Part shown: positions 37,216 through 48,370 of the stretch, piece after piece
Numbering within the stretch: the first letter of the stretch is position 1
Layout of the letters: every line of letters begins with the position of its first letter
Assembly: GCF_037042905.1 (NCBI RefSeq)
Contig: NC_087251.1
Location: forward strand, 37,636,001-37,700,000
Direction of reading: 5' to 3'
Length of the DNA stretch: 64,000 bases
DNA from: Lytechinus pictus
Lineage: Eukaryota
Made by a program: the position numbers and the translations under genes
The notes under the pieces: generated by a model
What the model was told of the DNA's origin: nothing
What the model saw: only the letters and a program-made list of their open reading frames with translations
Databases searched by the model: none

Positions 37216-37489
37216 TAAAGATACTATTAGTATTCTACCCTATTTCAACAGCTCAAAAATTTATTTGCCGAAATTCAGTGGCATTTCCTGGAACCTTCAA
37301 GTTTTGTTTTAAACAAAAATAATACAGTGAGTTTGAAATTAGGCCTAGTGACCCCAAAATCAAGGAATTTAAGACCTCTTTTGTTTTATATGCACTTCCT
37401 TAAATTGGGGCGAAATGGGACAAGCTCACTTATGCAAGCATGGATACCGGTATTCTTTTTAGCTATATAACAAGGCAAACAAATTTTAA

Positions 37490-37878
37490 AGGTAATTTTA
37501 AGAAAGCAGTTGCAGCAAACAATTATTTAAGTAGAAAGTCTTTTTAATCAAGGTTAATTGTCACCAGATCATCATAGATCTTGATTTAGTAAATTAATGT
37601 AAACGTCTCTTTGTGAAATCATGAAATCCTAGCTGAAAACCGATAACTCTGGTGATCACTGACACAGAAAAGCATGTGGGACAGTGTTTAATATTATTTG
37701 GAAAAATCACTGACATTTGATGGGATTCTGTGCTTATTTTGCTAATTTCTCAGCAATTGCACATTTTCTTTTAGAGCCATCTGCCATATATTTTTTGTTA
37801 TATTCAAACACTAGGGTGGTCATTTTATTGGAATCTGTTCGAACTCATTTCGAGATTAACCACAACTAGTATTTATCT
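37490..37878. mobile_element. Possible degenerate Kolobok-like MITE
   Basis: TTAA|AGGTAA...TTATCT|TCAA ends; single copy, so weakly supported. Confidence 0.3.
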
Positions 37879-39180
37879 TCAAAACTGCATGAATTTTGGA
37901 ACTTGTTTGATTAAATTCTTGTGTAATTTTAATTGTTTTATTTCCTGATTTTTTTATTTCCTGAAAATTTCTTGAAAAATTTATCTTTTCTTGGAATGTA
38001 GGAAATTTCCTTTGAAGTGCTAACACTGATTCTTGGAAATTGTCAGTTGCTGAAAAAGAAATCAAAAATTGACTGAATGTTATATAGCTTTACACCACAA
38101 GAGGGAGACATTTGATTTTGGTTGTCTTGTCAGGTTGAGGGTGCGTGTATTGTCAATTGTTATGTTTAATACGTGCCTGTGTTGCCATGCCTGGCTAGCC
38201 CTGAAACCCAGGGGCCTCAATGGCTGACCTAGGCTTGTCTGTTGCATGATGTTGAATAATTCACATGACCCTGGAATCGATAGTCTGGCTAATTATGCAT
38301 GTGTTACAACTCTTGCTCAACATTTTCATTATTCAACCTTTTAGAAGCAACTTATTAATTTCTAAGGAGGGTACATGTTTAGGGGAATGTTTTTTTTTTA
38401 TACATGTCTGGCTGCCAGCTCGCTCACGCAGCTCACTGAGCTGGCTGTGTTTACAAGAGCATTCACCCATGTCGTCATTGGGTGAGTCTGACAGCCAATG
38501 CCTCTACTGCTTGAGCTGCCTGGGCGCCCACGCACTTTTTGTCAGCAGCCTGCATTCATAGTCACACAACACAAGATATGTGCCACTCATTAGCTTGTGC
38601 TCTTGAATCAACTCCTTGCTTGAGAACACACACATACACAAAACACACACTGGTGCCAGCCAGCACACATGCTTTCAGGGCTAGCTGGCTGTGTCAGGTA
38701 CTGCTAGTACACCCTTGGTGATGTTTACATGACCTGCTAACAACACTTCCAGGATTTCCAGCAAGTTCACACTGGAGACAGTGTTTCTGTACGTTCCTGA
38801 AAGGTCGGAGCTTTTTTGTAATTTCTGTGAAATTGTCCAAGCGTAGGAACCAGTGACAACTTTCTTCCAGGCAAATTATTGTCCTGTATTTAAGTTTCAT
38901 CACTGCCAGGTAGCCTGCCAGCCAGTCAGACAGACAACCCTCTTCAAATCTACCACCATGATCATCCTGCCGGGTAGGAGGCCCAGTCATCATGTAAACA
39001 TTGGATTCTCTGTATGATGTAGCTCTTTTATCTCACATCTCCACCACGCTCTAACATCTTTTGTGCCTTACATTAGTGCTGATTGAACATATCGTGGAGA
39101 CTTCTCTGGAAAAAAGTGATTAGTTTGGTGGCATTATCTTGTGTCTTTCTTTGTGAGTGCTCAGGAAATCCTACCTATGC

Positions 39181-39217
39181 ATGGAAGTTTTATATGGAAT
39201 ACAGCCCCGAGGCCGAG
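39181..39217 (+). CDS. Candidate alternative first coding mini-exon (MEVLYGIQPRGR-G)
   Basis: ATG with an in-frame upstream TGA (39154), 12 codons + 1 nt, then GAG|GTAAAC. Phase 1 fits the 47995 acceptor. Follows a ~1 kb GC-richer tract with no recognisable repeats. Confidence 0.35.
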
Positions 39218-42200
39218 GTAAACAATAGATAGCTGACCTTGTATTTTATTCATAGAGCTTTTAGACGATGTGTATTGTAGGAAATGTTTGATGACTGTAC
39301 GTAGATTAATTAGCATAGATCATGCCATAATCTCTATACTTGTAACTGTGTATCATGTAACAAGCATGGTTTCCTTTCATTTGGCAAGGTACCTTTCTTT
39401 GTTAGCTGCCAACTTCCATTTTTTAGATGACTCATGACCATGCAATAGCACACATTCCAATGCCTTTTGTTATCTATGGTGTACGACCCATATTGCCTCA
39501 CACAGAGCAATTGTGGGAACTAAGAAAGGACAGCAAGATGGCTTTCTTTTTCCCCTTTCTTTCATCTTCATTGACTCTATTCCATAGGAACTGTTTAATC
39601 TTGTTTTTTTTTATTGTGTAAAGGAATGCTTGAGTTTACCTTAATTGGGTTATTTAAAGCCTTTGTGTAATTAAGGCTCAGTCACATGCATTATTGTGTA
39701 CATAATGGGCCCATGTCTTCATGTTGCTGATCCATGTATATGGGTAATTATTCAACATACAATTCTGTATTCTTCTACACAATTCTCTATTCTATATAAA
39801 ACTACAGTTTTATTAGAATTGAATGTTTTTATTTAGACCCTCTATTCCTTTTTTTTTTGGGGGGGGGGGACACAACCCCCACTCCCAATAAACCCTTATC
39901 CTACATGTATTTTGTTTTGAAATTTAATTCAAATCTTATAATGAAAACTGAATCATATTTTTTTTCACAAAAAATTGTAATTGTGCAAGTAGGCCCTATG
40001 TTTAGTTACATGTAGCTACTTGATTATTCAAAACAAATAAATGAAATTCAAGCAAAGTTTAGCATGGAAATTTTGGTTAAGTTTAGAAACCAAGAAATGG
40101 AAAAAGTTTGATAAGCATGCGTGTCGTCACATTGAAGATAAGCAATGGAATTCTTGCATTATCAAAATATACAAAGAGAGACAAAGTAGGTCGGTACCTG
40201 GTGCAGATAGGATTGGTGCCTGGCTGCTCATTCGAAAACCCAGATTGAACTATTTGCATTCTTTCCATTGTGTTCACAAAGCCTGACCCCAACCGATTGG
40301 TCCCTCTGTGTGGTAAAACCAGGGTGTAACGCCCTGAGCCAAGCTGCTGTGAAGTCTGATCTGCCATGGGGAGTTGCTATGCTTTCCAAATCTCCTAGGA
40401 AACATCATTTCAGGGATAAATGCATTTTATTTTTTGTATGGATGTTGTAATGTATGGAAAGGAAAGATGGGTTTTGAGAAGAGATAGGGGCGATATTTCA
40501 TGAATATTCCCTCTCTTTGTCCATTATTGAATAGAGAGAGGGTCTATTATACATGCCTCAGCTTTTCCAAGAAACTGATGAGTCAGTCCAACAATGCTCA
40601 ATCTATCGGCCACATGCTTGCTCCTCTCATCATCATACATGCATAATTCAGCACTGGGGGAACGTCTCCCTCATACATGTTCACATTGGACATGTGGATT
40701 GAAGCCGTGCTCGAGCCGGTATACACACTTGCTGGCACATGGCTCTTTACTGTGGGTGCTTCTTTTATGTGAATATTGGAAGTCGGGCTGTGTAATTGAA
40801 GTTGCCTTGTGCATGCATAGCGGACATTCGTGTACATTGAACTCTGTTTGACCGTAGCTTGACCCCCCCTCACTACCTCCTCTACATCAAACATAATCTG
40901 TAGACAAGTGGGACAGGGGCATCAAATTGTGACCTCCTTGGGTAGAGTAGCAGAGTCGTAGTTGAGCCTATACTCTGCTTGCTCCACAGTCTTTTGTTCC
41001 AGAAGGAAGATTTTTTTTACTTTCACTTTCCATTCAAGTCTACTTTACTGCATTCTTGCTTGGCTTTATACTCAATTACAATGGCTATAGGCAGCATCTG
41101 TTAAATAATTGCCCCTAATTGGTCATTTTTCACCTGTTTGTCTCTTATTCCTGAAAACATTCAAAATTCCCAGCAGAAGAAGAGTCTCAAAATGATAGTT
41201 TTTCTAAATAAAAAAAAAATCGGTTCAAATGTAAGGTCTAAGCCTTTTTTTAAATAGTCCAATACATGCAATTCTGTGTTCAGTGCATGTGATGAACTAG
41301 ACAGTAAGTTTGAATTGGGTATCTCTGTTGATTTTGAGGCTCTTGTCATTTTATACTTGGTGTTCCATAGTACAGTCTATGCTGTCATCCATTTGAACAT
41401 TATAAATGTAAGAGATGACTCATTCAAACTGTCTAAAATGTTGCCATGGCTGATACACATTTCATCATGGTACTCGGCCACTAAAACGGGAATTTATAGG
41501 GTAGTGTGTAACTACATATATACTATAGACCTACATGTACCACCCCCCATGTCTATGTTAACACTTCTTTTGGTGGCATTGGGGTGTTCCTCACCTACAT
41601 TAAGTAATATTAACTTGGGAACTATTTTTTTTTGGAGGGGGGAATCCTTATAAAGTAAACATGAGACATGATTATGATATTTACATAGTATGATATATAG
41701 GAGCAATTCTATTCATATGGGTCATTTTAAGGGGATGTCCCCATTTTTTTTTTGGGGGGGGGATCCTTGTGAAATAATGATTGTGATATTTATCTAGACA
41801 TTTTTAATCTTTTCAGTGCAAAACACAATAAAACCCCAAACAAATTTAGTAATTTACCATTCCATAGATCATTTATATTGAAGCTCAAAACACAATGTAC
41901 ATGTAAGTTACATTGATAAACCAAATAGAAATTGAAGTAGGACTCTCTGAAAAAGCGTACATGCTTGTCCTAGAATCTAGAGAGGGACAGTGTACATCAA
42001 CATGATAACCCCTTTCACAAATTTACCCTCTCATATTCTGGATTGGATGTGGATTATGCATTTATGAAATCAGAAATAGTCCTCATTATTAGAAATAGTC
42101 CTCATTAAGTGTGGTAAAAAGAAAATATCATCATGGTAAGTGATTTGCACGTGCTTGGAAAACAAGACCTTTCTCTGCAGATTAAGCTGCATCATTTGAG

Positions 42201-42296
42201 AATCCCATTCATGAATTAAAAAACAAGGGAGATTGGATGCAGATCGAGTGTGGATTGAGTGCAGCTCAAGCTCTTCTTAAAGGAGGGGACTCAGAT

Positions 42297-42564
42297 CAGG
42301 GGCGGATCCAGGATGTTCCAAAAGGGGGGGGGGGCAAATTTTTTGGAGGAAAATTTTGACACGCAAAAAAAAAAATGTTTTAACCACAAATTAAGAATAT
42401 TTCATAACCCAAAAAAGTTAACAAGCAAAAAAAATAAAAAAAGTCTTCAATTTCAAAAGAGGGGGCACACCTCTGTTTTAATGGCATTTTTACATTACAA
42501 ATTTTAATTTTGCTTCTCAAAAGGGGGGGGGGACAGGCATGTGCCCCCCCTGGATCTGCCAGTG
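42297..42564. mobile_element. hAT-like MITE with 8-bp TSD
   Basis: ACTCAGAT|CAGGGGCGGATCCAGG...CCTGGATCTGCCAGTG|ACTCAGAT. Confidence 0.88.
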
Positions 42565-42650
42565 ACTCAGATAATGTGAATTATTCTGGTCCTCGCCCTT
42601 TCATGATTTGAAAACTAAGTCACATCCGATTGCATCTACAAATATATTAA

Positions 42651-43303
42651 AGGGCAAGTTCACCCTGACAAAAAGTTTGTTTTAAAAATAGCAGAAAAAA
42701 ATAAATCATAAATATTGGTGGTTTGAGGAAAATCTATCAAACATTAAAAAATTATTAGAATTATTATATTTGTATTTGTGACATCATACGTGAGCAGCTT
42801 CCCCACATATATGGTAAAAAAAATCAATGAAATATCATTAAAAAAATGAAAGATAATTTTGATTTTATACCTTGGTCACATTTGCTCTACGGCGGCCGTA
42901 CGGCGAGTCAAAAACAGCCGTTTTATTAATTTTGATTCAAACCACCTATATGTAGTTGGACAAAAAATGTTAAAACGGCTGTTTTCGACTCGCCGTACGG
43001 CCGCCGTTTTCGACTCGCCGTACGGCCGCCGTAGAACAAATGTGACCATGGTATTACCTTCAGTACTCTGTATATCACCAGACAAGATATTTCACACCTG
43101 TTCCTGAAAGAAAAATGTTTAGTCATCATAAATTAAAAAATCTAAATCTTTGCCTTAATGGGGCAGCTGCTTGTATGTGGTGCCATAATTGAAAATCTTA
43201 AAATTTCTTAATCTCTTATGGATTTTCCTCAAACCTTCACCAAAATTTAAAAAAAAAAATCTTTCTATTTTACAACAGACTTTTCTTCAGGGTGAAATTT
43301 CCG
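42651..43303. mobile_element. Kolobok-like MITE, family B, with a nested palindromic MITE
   Basis: TTAA|AGGGCAAGTTCACCCTGA...TCAGGGTGAAATTTCC; long imperfect TIRs. Confidence 0.7.
42868..43053. mobile_element. Short GC-rich palindromic MITE (TWA/TA target)
   Basis: TTA|TACCTTGGTCACATTTG...CAAATGTGACCATGGTA|TTA; near-perfect hairpin with a ~24-bp internal duplication. Confidence 0.88.
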
Positions 43304-43648
43304 TGTGATATGTAATGGTCTCTTCCAAGCCACAAGTTAGATGCAATAAAACCCATTTCACTATAATCTCACCGTTACGAGTTACATGGAGGAATATAAA
43401 ACAACAGGCATTTCAAAGAATCATACTCCGATTATACATGTAATTTGTATGTTTGAAAAGAAATGGTTGTCAATGCCACTCTTTCCATGTTAACAGTGAA
43501 TAAAATAATTCAATTGCATTCATTCTTTAATTGCTGGTATTTTGTATGGTTTCCTTCAGATCAAATGCTAGTATTTTTATTGTATTTATTTATTGCACAT
43601 GTAAAATAAAAATCCAAAAGTCCCTTATTATTTTTGGCCCATTATTAA

Positions 43649-43810
43649 TACCTTGGTCACATTTGCTCTACGGCGGCCGTATGGCGAGTCGAAAACAGCC
43701 GTTTTATTAATTTTAAGTCAAACCACCTATATATAGTTGGACAAACAAATGTTAAAACGGCTGTTCTCGACTCGCCGTACGGCCGCCGTAGAACAAATGT
43801 GACCAAGGTA
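43649..43810. mobile_element. Second copy of the palindromic MITE at 42868
   Basis: TACCTTGGTCACATTTGCTCTACGGCGGCCG...CGGCCGCCGTAGAACAAATGTGACCAAGGTA. Confidence 0.88.
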
Positions 43811-45293
43811 TTAGACAGCACCAACTAATCTTTTGGAAATAAATGGTATGGTGGTTTACTTGAATGAAAAAGTAATCAAGCTTGTTTTGTGTTTTTTTTT
43901 CTCCCTACTTCAGGGCAGAGGAAATACGTATATACCATTTGTAAGTAATAGATACCCAACAGATTAAGCAAATCTTCACAAAGCTAGCCTTGCTTGAGGA
44001 TGGAAAAATAATTTGAATTAAACATTCTCATAATACGTGACATGGTCTATTTTGCAGACTGGTTGGGTCAAATTTTCTTCCCTGTTTGTGCTGGCGTAGA
44101 ACTGTCAAAATAGTACATAATGGAAGTCTTCTTTATGCGAGAGACGTGGGCGTACAGGAGACTTCAGGGACTTCAGACAAAAAAATGCAACATGCTAATC
44201 ATACTTCCAGCTTTTGATTTCCTGAATGAAAGTTCACAAGTCTATATTATTCAATTAGTAGTAATTTTAGTTGTGTGGAACATAAAATCCATGACTTTTA
44301 ATAAATTTTAATTAAAATATTTTCAAAGTCCTGACATTCGTCATTTAATAGGAACACTGGATTCCAACTGGTAAAACACCATCGGAATCCAGAAAGAAAA
44401 ATTTCTGACGTGGCTCAACCCCAATTATGAAATAGGTTTTACCTTCAATTCTACACAATATGGTGCGACTTCCTGTCCTGAACACATGTGATCCACAATG
44501 TAGAACCACAAGAGAAGTTTTTTTCTTACAGGTAGTTCTCCTCTGTGTTATATTGATGGTGTTCTTTCTCCCAACAGTATGTCATGTGCATGTATTCTCT
44601 TCACAGACTTTAAATTATCTGCTTCAAGTTGAAACCAAATGGGGCTGGCCTGGGAAAGTTGCCAATATTAAACAAAAGGCCAGACAAAGTCGTAGGCGTA
44701 TGGCAAATGGCAAGGTGCATGCTTGTTAGTTGTAAAATGAGTGCAGGGGCTTAATTTTTTTTTCTTTCTTGATGCAGAATTTCATGGAATAAAATGCATG
44801 TTTTGTATGTCAAACGTACACGTCAGTAATGTAGATTTGGTTGGAAGTGGTATTCTTGTTTGTGGAAATTTTTTTCTCTCTCTAAGCCTCTCATCAGGGA
44901 AAAGGTTCTTGATCTGATACTGTACACTCCTATTATTCTCTAATGTATATGTTCATAAACAAGCTATTTAAAGTAATACGTCCAATATCTGATTTTAAAA
45001 ACCCCAACAAACTGATTTTCATATCTTTCTATAGTCTAGATTTGAAATGAAAATAAGAATTGAAGATTCTGATTGTATGGAATAGCCATCCTGAAGACAT
45101 CAATTGAGTCCTTCAAAAATATATATATATTTTTTTTCATTCTATATGCATTTAGCACACTGCGAAGTGGATTTGGCACTTTGTAAGTCACTTTATTATA
45201 TTTATGATCATTATATTCTGTACTCGTTATACTATGTAGCCTCACTAGCCTGCTGGTATTCCTAAGTTACATGTAGAACATTGCAATTTTTAA

Positions 45294-45876
45294 AGGTCAA
45301 GTCCACCCCAGAAAAATTTTGATTTGAATTCATAAAGAAAAATTAGACCAGCATTATGTTGTTGAAAATTTCATCAAAATCGGATGTAAAATAAGACAGT
45401 TACGGCATTTTAAAGCTTTGCTTATATTTCACAAAATATATGCACAACTCAGTGACATGCAAATGAGTCAGTCGATGATGTCCATCACTCACTATTTCTT
45501 TTGTTTTTTATTGTTTGAATTTTACAATATTTCATTTTTTACAGATTTGACAGATTTAAGGACCAACTTGACTGAACCATATTGTATCAAACAATGCTAA
45601 TTCCACATGTTCAGGGAGGAATTTGTTGTTTCACTTGATAATGAGGAGAAAATTCAAATATTTCATATAAAATACAAAAGAAATAGTGAGTGGATGACAT
45701 CATCAGTCTCCTTATTTGCATACCAACCAGGGTGTGCATAAAACTTTTTTGTGAAATTAAGTGAAACTTTAAAATGTCATAATTTTCTTATTTTACATCC
45801 GATTTTGATGAAATTTTCAGCGATATGCTTGTTGGCCTTTTCTCAAATCAACTTTTTGTTGAGGTGGACTTGTCCT
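45294..45876. mobile_element. Kolobok-like MITE, family A
   Basis: TTAA|AGGTCAAGTCCACCC...GGTGGACTTGTCCT|TTGA. Confidence 0.88.
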
Positions 45877-46413
45877 TTGATAATTTCTCTCCAAAGCAAA
45901 ATAATGCATGGATCTCTCCATAGTCCAATATATCTATCAATCGCACACTCATTGCTTATTTGTGTTTAAACAAAATGATTCATGATTATGTTTTACTCTG
46001 GACATTTTCATGAATTTCTCTACAAACCCTTTCAAAGGAATTCCTGTGTTAGTGATTCTACTTTGCTTGATCAATTAACTTGAATTGCATATCTCCTGAA
46101 TACCACGATGGAAACCACAAAGTCGCTGCATTTCAATTGAAGTTTAGGATTGGTGGCCTTGAGCTACACATTTACAAAGTTTGATAAACCACCAAAAATG
46201 TTTTCTATTTTCACGTACCCATTTACATGTATTAGACTGTACCGCAGACTCTGACTAGTAGCACATTGGTTTTCTATAAATGCATTTGCTTTTTGCATTG
46301 AGGTGCTGTATACATGTATATTGTTCATGTTCCGTTATTTAGATTAAACTATTGATCACCTAATTAAGTGTGGGCTTTGAAGGATAACCCAGTATGAACT
46401 CCAAAGCACATCA

Positions 46414-46545
46414 ATTTTTTGTTTAATTGTGATTTTTTTTGTAAGCATAGATAGTAATATAAAACAAATCAACATTTTATTTTTTGTTTAATTGTGATTT
46501 TTTTTCAGAAGCATAGATATTAATATAAAACGATCCAACATTTGA
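46414..46545. repeat. ~65-bp tandem duplication
   Basis: TTTTTTGTTTAATTGTGATTTTTTT..AAGCATAGATA.TAATATAAAAC occurs twice in tandem. Confidence 0.85.
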
Positions 46546-47279
46546 TTCTTTGATATGACTGAAGTACACTTCCAATTATAATTTCTTCCTCTCACACCCT
46601 ACGTGTACAAACAAAATATCGATAAATATTTTGGGGCTGCTAGCTAATTTGTCAAGGTCATACTTCTGTCACAAAGGCTATACATGTAGATCTTATTAAT
46701 TGTATGTTTATATCAAAATTTTAAAGTTATTATTCTTCGATTGATTTCAAAGAGTTGCATTTACTATTTTTGTAATTATGTGACTTTGTTTGATGGAACA
46801 GTAAGCCTTTGTTTCCTATTCTTAAGGATGATAATAAAACTTGCAGTAGAAAAATCTACTACTTTCTGGGTAATCCAAGGTCCATTTTAATAGAAGGTAC
46901 CATAATATTTGTATGCAAATTTAAACTATGCTTGGGCTCCAGCCAAACTCGGCATTTAAGCATTTGACCTTGATACTGAACTTGCTTGGACATGACATTA
47001 CCATGTGATCCAGATGTACATGTAGATCAGTTCGCATTTTGTGACATTAATGTTTATTCCCTAAAAAGTTTTTACTCCAAACACAGTTGCCATTCATGTT
47101 GAGCTCATGATGCATTAGCTCATTACATTAACTATCAAGTTTGCTAACTCAAAACTTTGTCAAATTTATTTGGAAAAACTGAATCGTTTGAGGAAATCTA
47201 TTGGCCTAGTCGGCTTACATGTTTTCTACTTCAAAGATTTTTTACTTTCGTGATGGTGGTGATTTTTTTACATGATTGC

Positions 47280-47890
47280 TAATGCTATCAGCAGGCAATC
47301 AGAGGGCCTAGGGCTTGAGGTCCTTTCCGAAGGACCTATTACTTGAGGATTATTGCCTCCCCATATTGCCCTAGGCCTAGTTTCATACCAAATAGGAATC
47401 AAACCCAGGCCTTTGCAGACCTGCCAACCAGTACGTTTTTGGCGTAATTAGTACGTTTTTGCAACCGAAATATGGCAGTACGATTTTTCTGTAAAAAATA
47501 TGTTTTTGTTATTTTTTATTTTTTTACAAAATCATAATTTATTGAGAAAAATCCTCTCTATATGTCTCTATTTCATAAAACTTACACAAATATGGTTATG
47601 AGAACAATATAATTTCAGGTAACTTGTTTTTTTTTAAATCATTTTGTTGAAACCAGGGTGAGATATACACATGTTTCAATGTTTTTTTTTCATCTGCAAG
47701 AGCAGTGCGCATTTTAGCTTGCATGCAGCTTGAGCGCCGCGATGAGCGAGTGGGCCACGCATTTTATTATGAAATACACTTTTTTGGGAAAAAATACATT
47801 TTTTTTATCACAGAATACAATTTTTCATTTCCAGAGGTTGGCAGGTCTGCCTTTGCATTGTGAAACCTCCACTCTACTGACAAAGCTAAC
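47280..47890 (-). mobile_element. Degenerate tRNA-derived SINE split by the 47416-47849 insertion
   Basis: With the insertion removed, the minus strand reads GTTAGCTTTGTCAGTAGAG..TTTCACAATGCAAAGGCCTGGGTTTGATTCC (A/B-box-like tRNA head). Confidence 0.5.
47416..47849. mobile_element. Non-autonomous DNA transposon with 6-bp TSD (hAT6/hATx-like)
   Basis: CCTTTG|CAGACCTGCCAACC...GGTTGGCAGGTCTG|CCTTTG; perfect 14-bp TIR; subterminal AGTACG repeats. Confidence 0.85.
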
Positions 47891-47994
47891 ACACCTTTCC
47901 AGGATATCATGTGACCCACAAATGTTAATCAATCAGGTGTATATATTTACAGTAGATGATGTTATATATTTTCTTCTTTTGAATTCCATTATAG

Positions 47995-48259
47995 GTCTGG
48001 ATGTGGCAGGTCCACCCCAGCCAGGCAACAACAATGGTCCACTGGGTGAAGCTCCGATAGTAGCCTCCCAGCCACGGTCCAGGAAAGGGAGACCTAAGGT
48101 GACCGGAGCACCAGGTCATCGCTACCAGCAGCCGTGTCCTACATGTGGCAAGGTCTTTGGCAGCTCCAGTGCCCTAGCCAAGCACAAACTCATCCACAGC
48201 AATGAACGCAGGCATAAGTGTATCCTGTGTGCCAAGAGCTTCAAACGGCAAGATCACTT
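47995..48259 (+). CDS. ZNF541: Internal coding exon with C2H2 zinc fingers, ZNF541/TRERF1-like (ELM2-SANT co-repressor family)
   Basis: Encodes CPTCGKVFGSSSALAKHKLIHSNERRHKCILCAKSFKRQDHL, which matches my recollection of the ZNF541 first fingers (CGKVFSSASSLSKH..THSQERKHVCKICSKAFKRQDHL). Acceptor ttttcttcttttgaattccattatAG ends at 47994; donor TT|GTAAGT at 48259/48260 (phase 2) splits the second finger. Confidence 0.9.
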
Positions 48260-48370
48260 GTAAGTCTACGCGTACTCCCCACATGTTGATTAATTTCTTT
48301 TCCAAGAATTGATACCAATTGATTTGTGTATAGTTTATGCAGTGACCTACTTTGAGGCAGCAGACCCTAA

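Larger units (their letters stand above)
5753..47994 (+). other. Inferred ~42.2 kb phase-1 GT-AG intron
   Basis: Canonical donor and acceptor, reading frame continuous (..AHARG-LDVAG..). Small intervening exons cannot be excluded. Confidence 0.65.

Noticed and set aside
39427..39621. ORF MTHDHAIAH.. directly after an AG acceptor-like site
   Set aside because: Splicing from the phase-1 donor gives an immediate stop (GAT GAC TCA TGA), and its own possible donor (G|GTGTAC) is weak.
47730..47994. First ~88 codons of the 177-aa ORF
   Set aside because: Derived from a transposon end, a SINE relic and the acceptor tract; the protein-like sequence starts at 47995.
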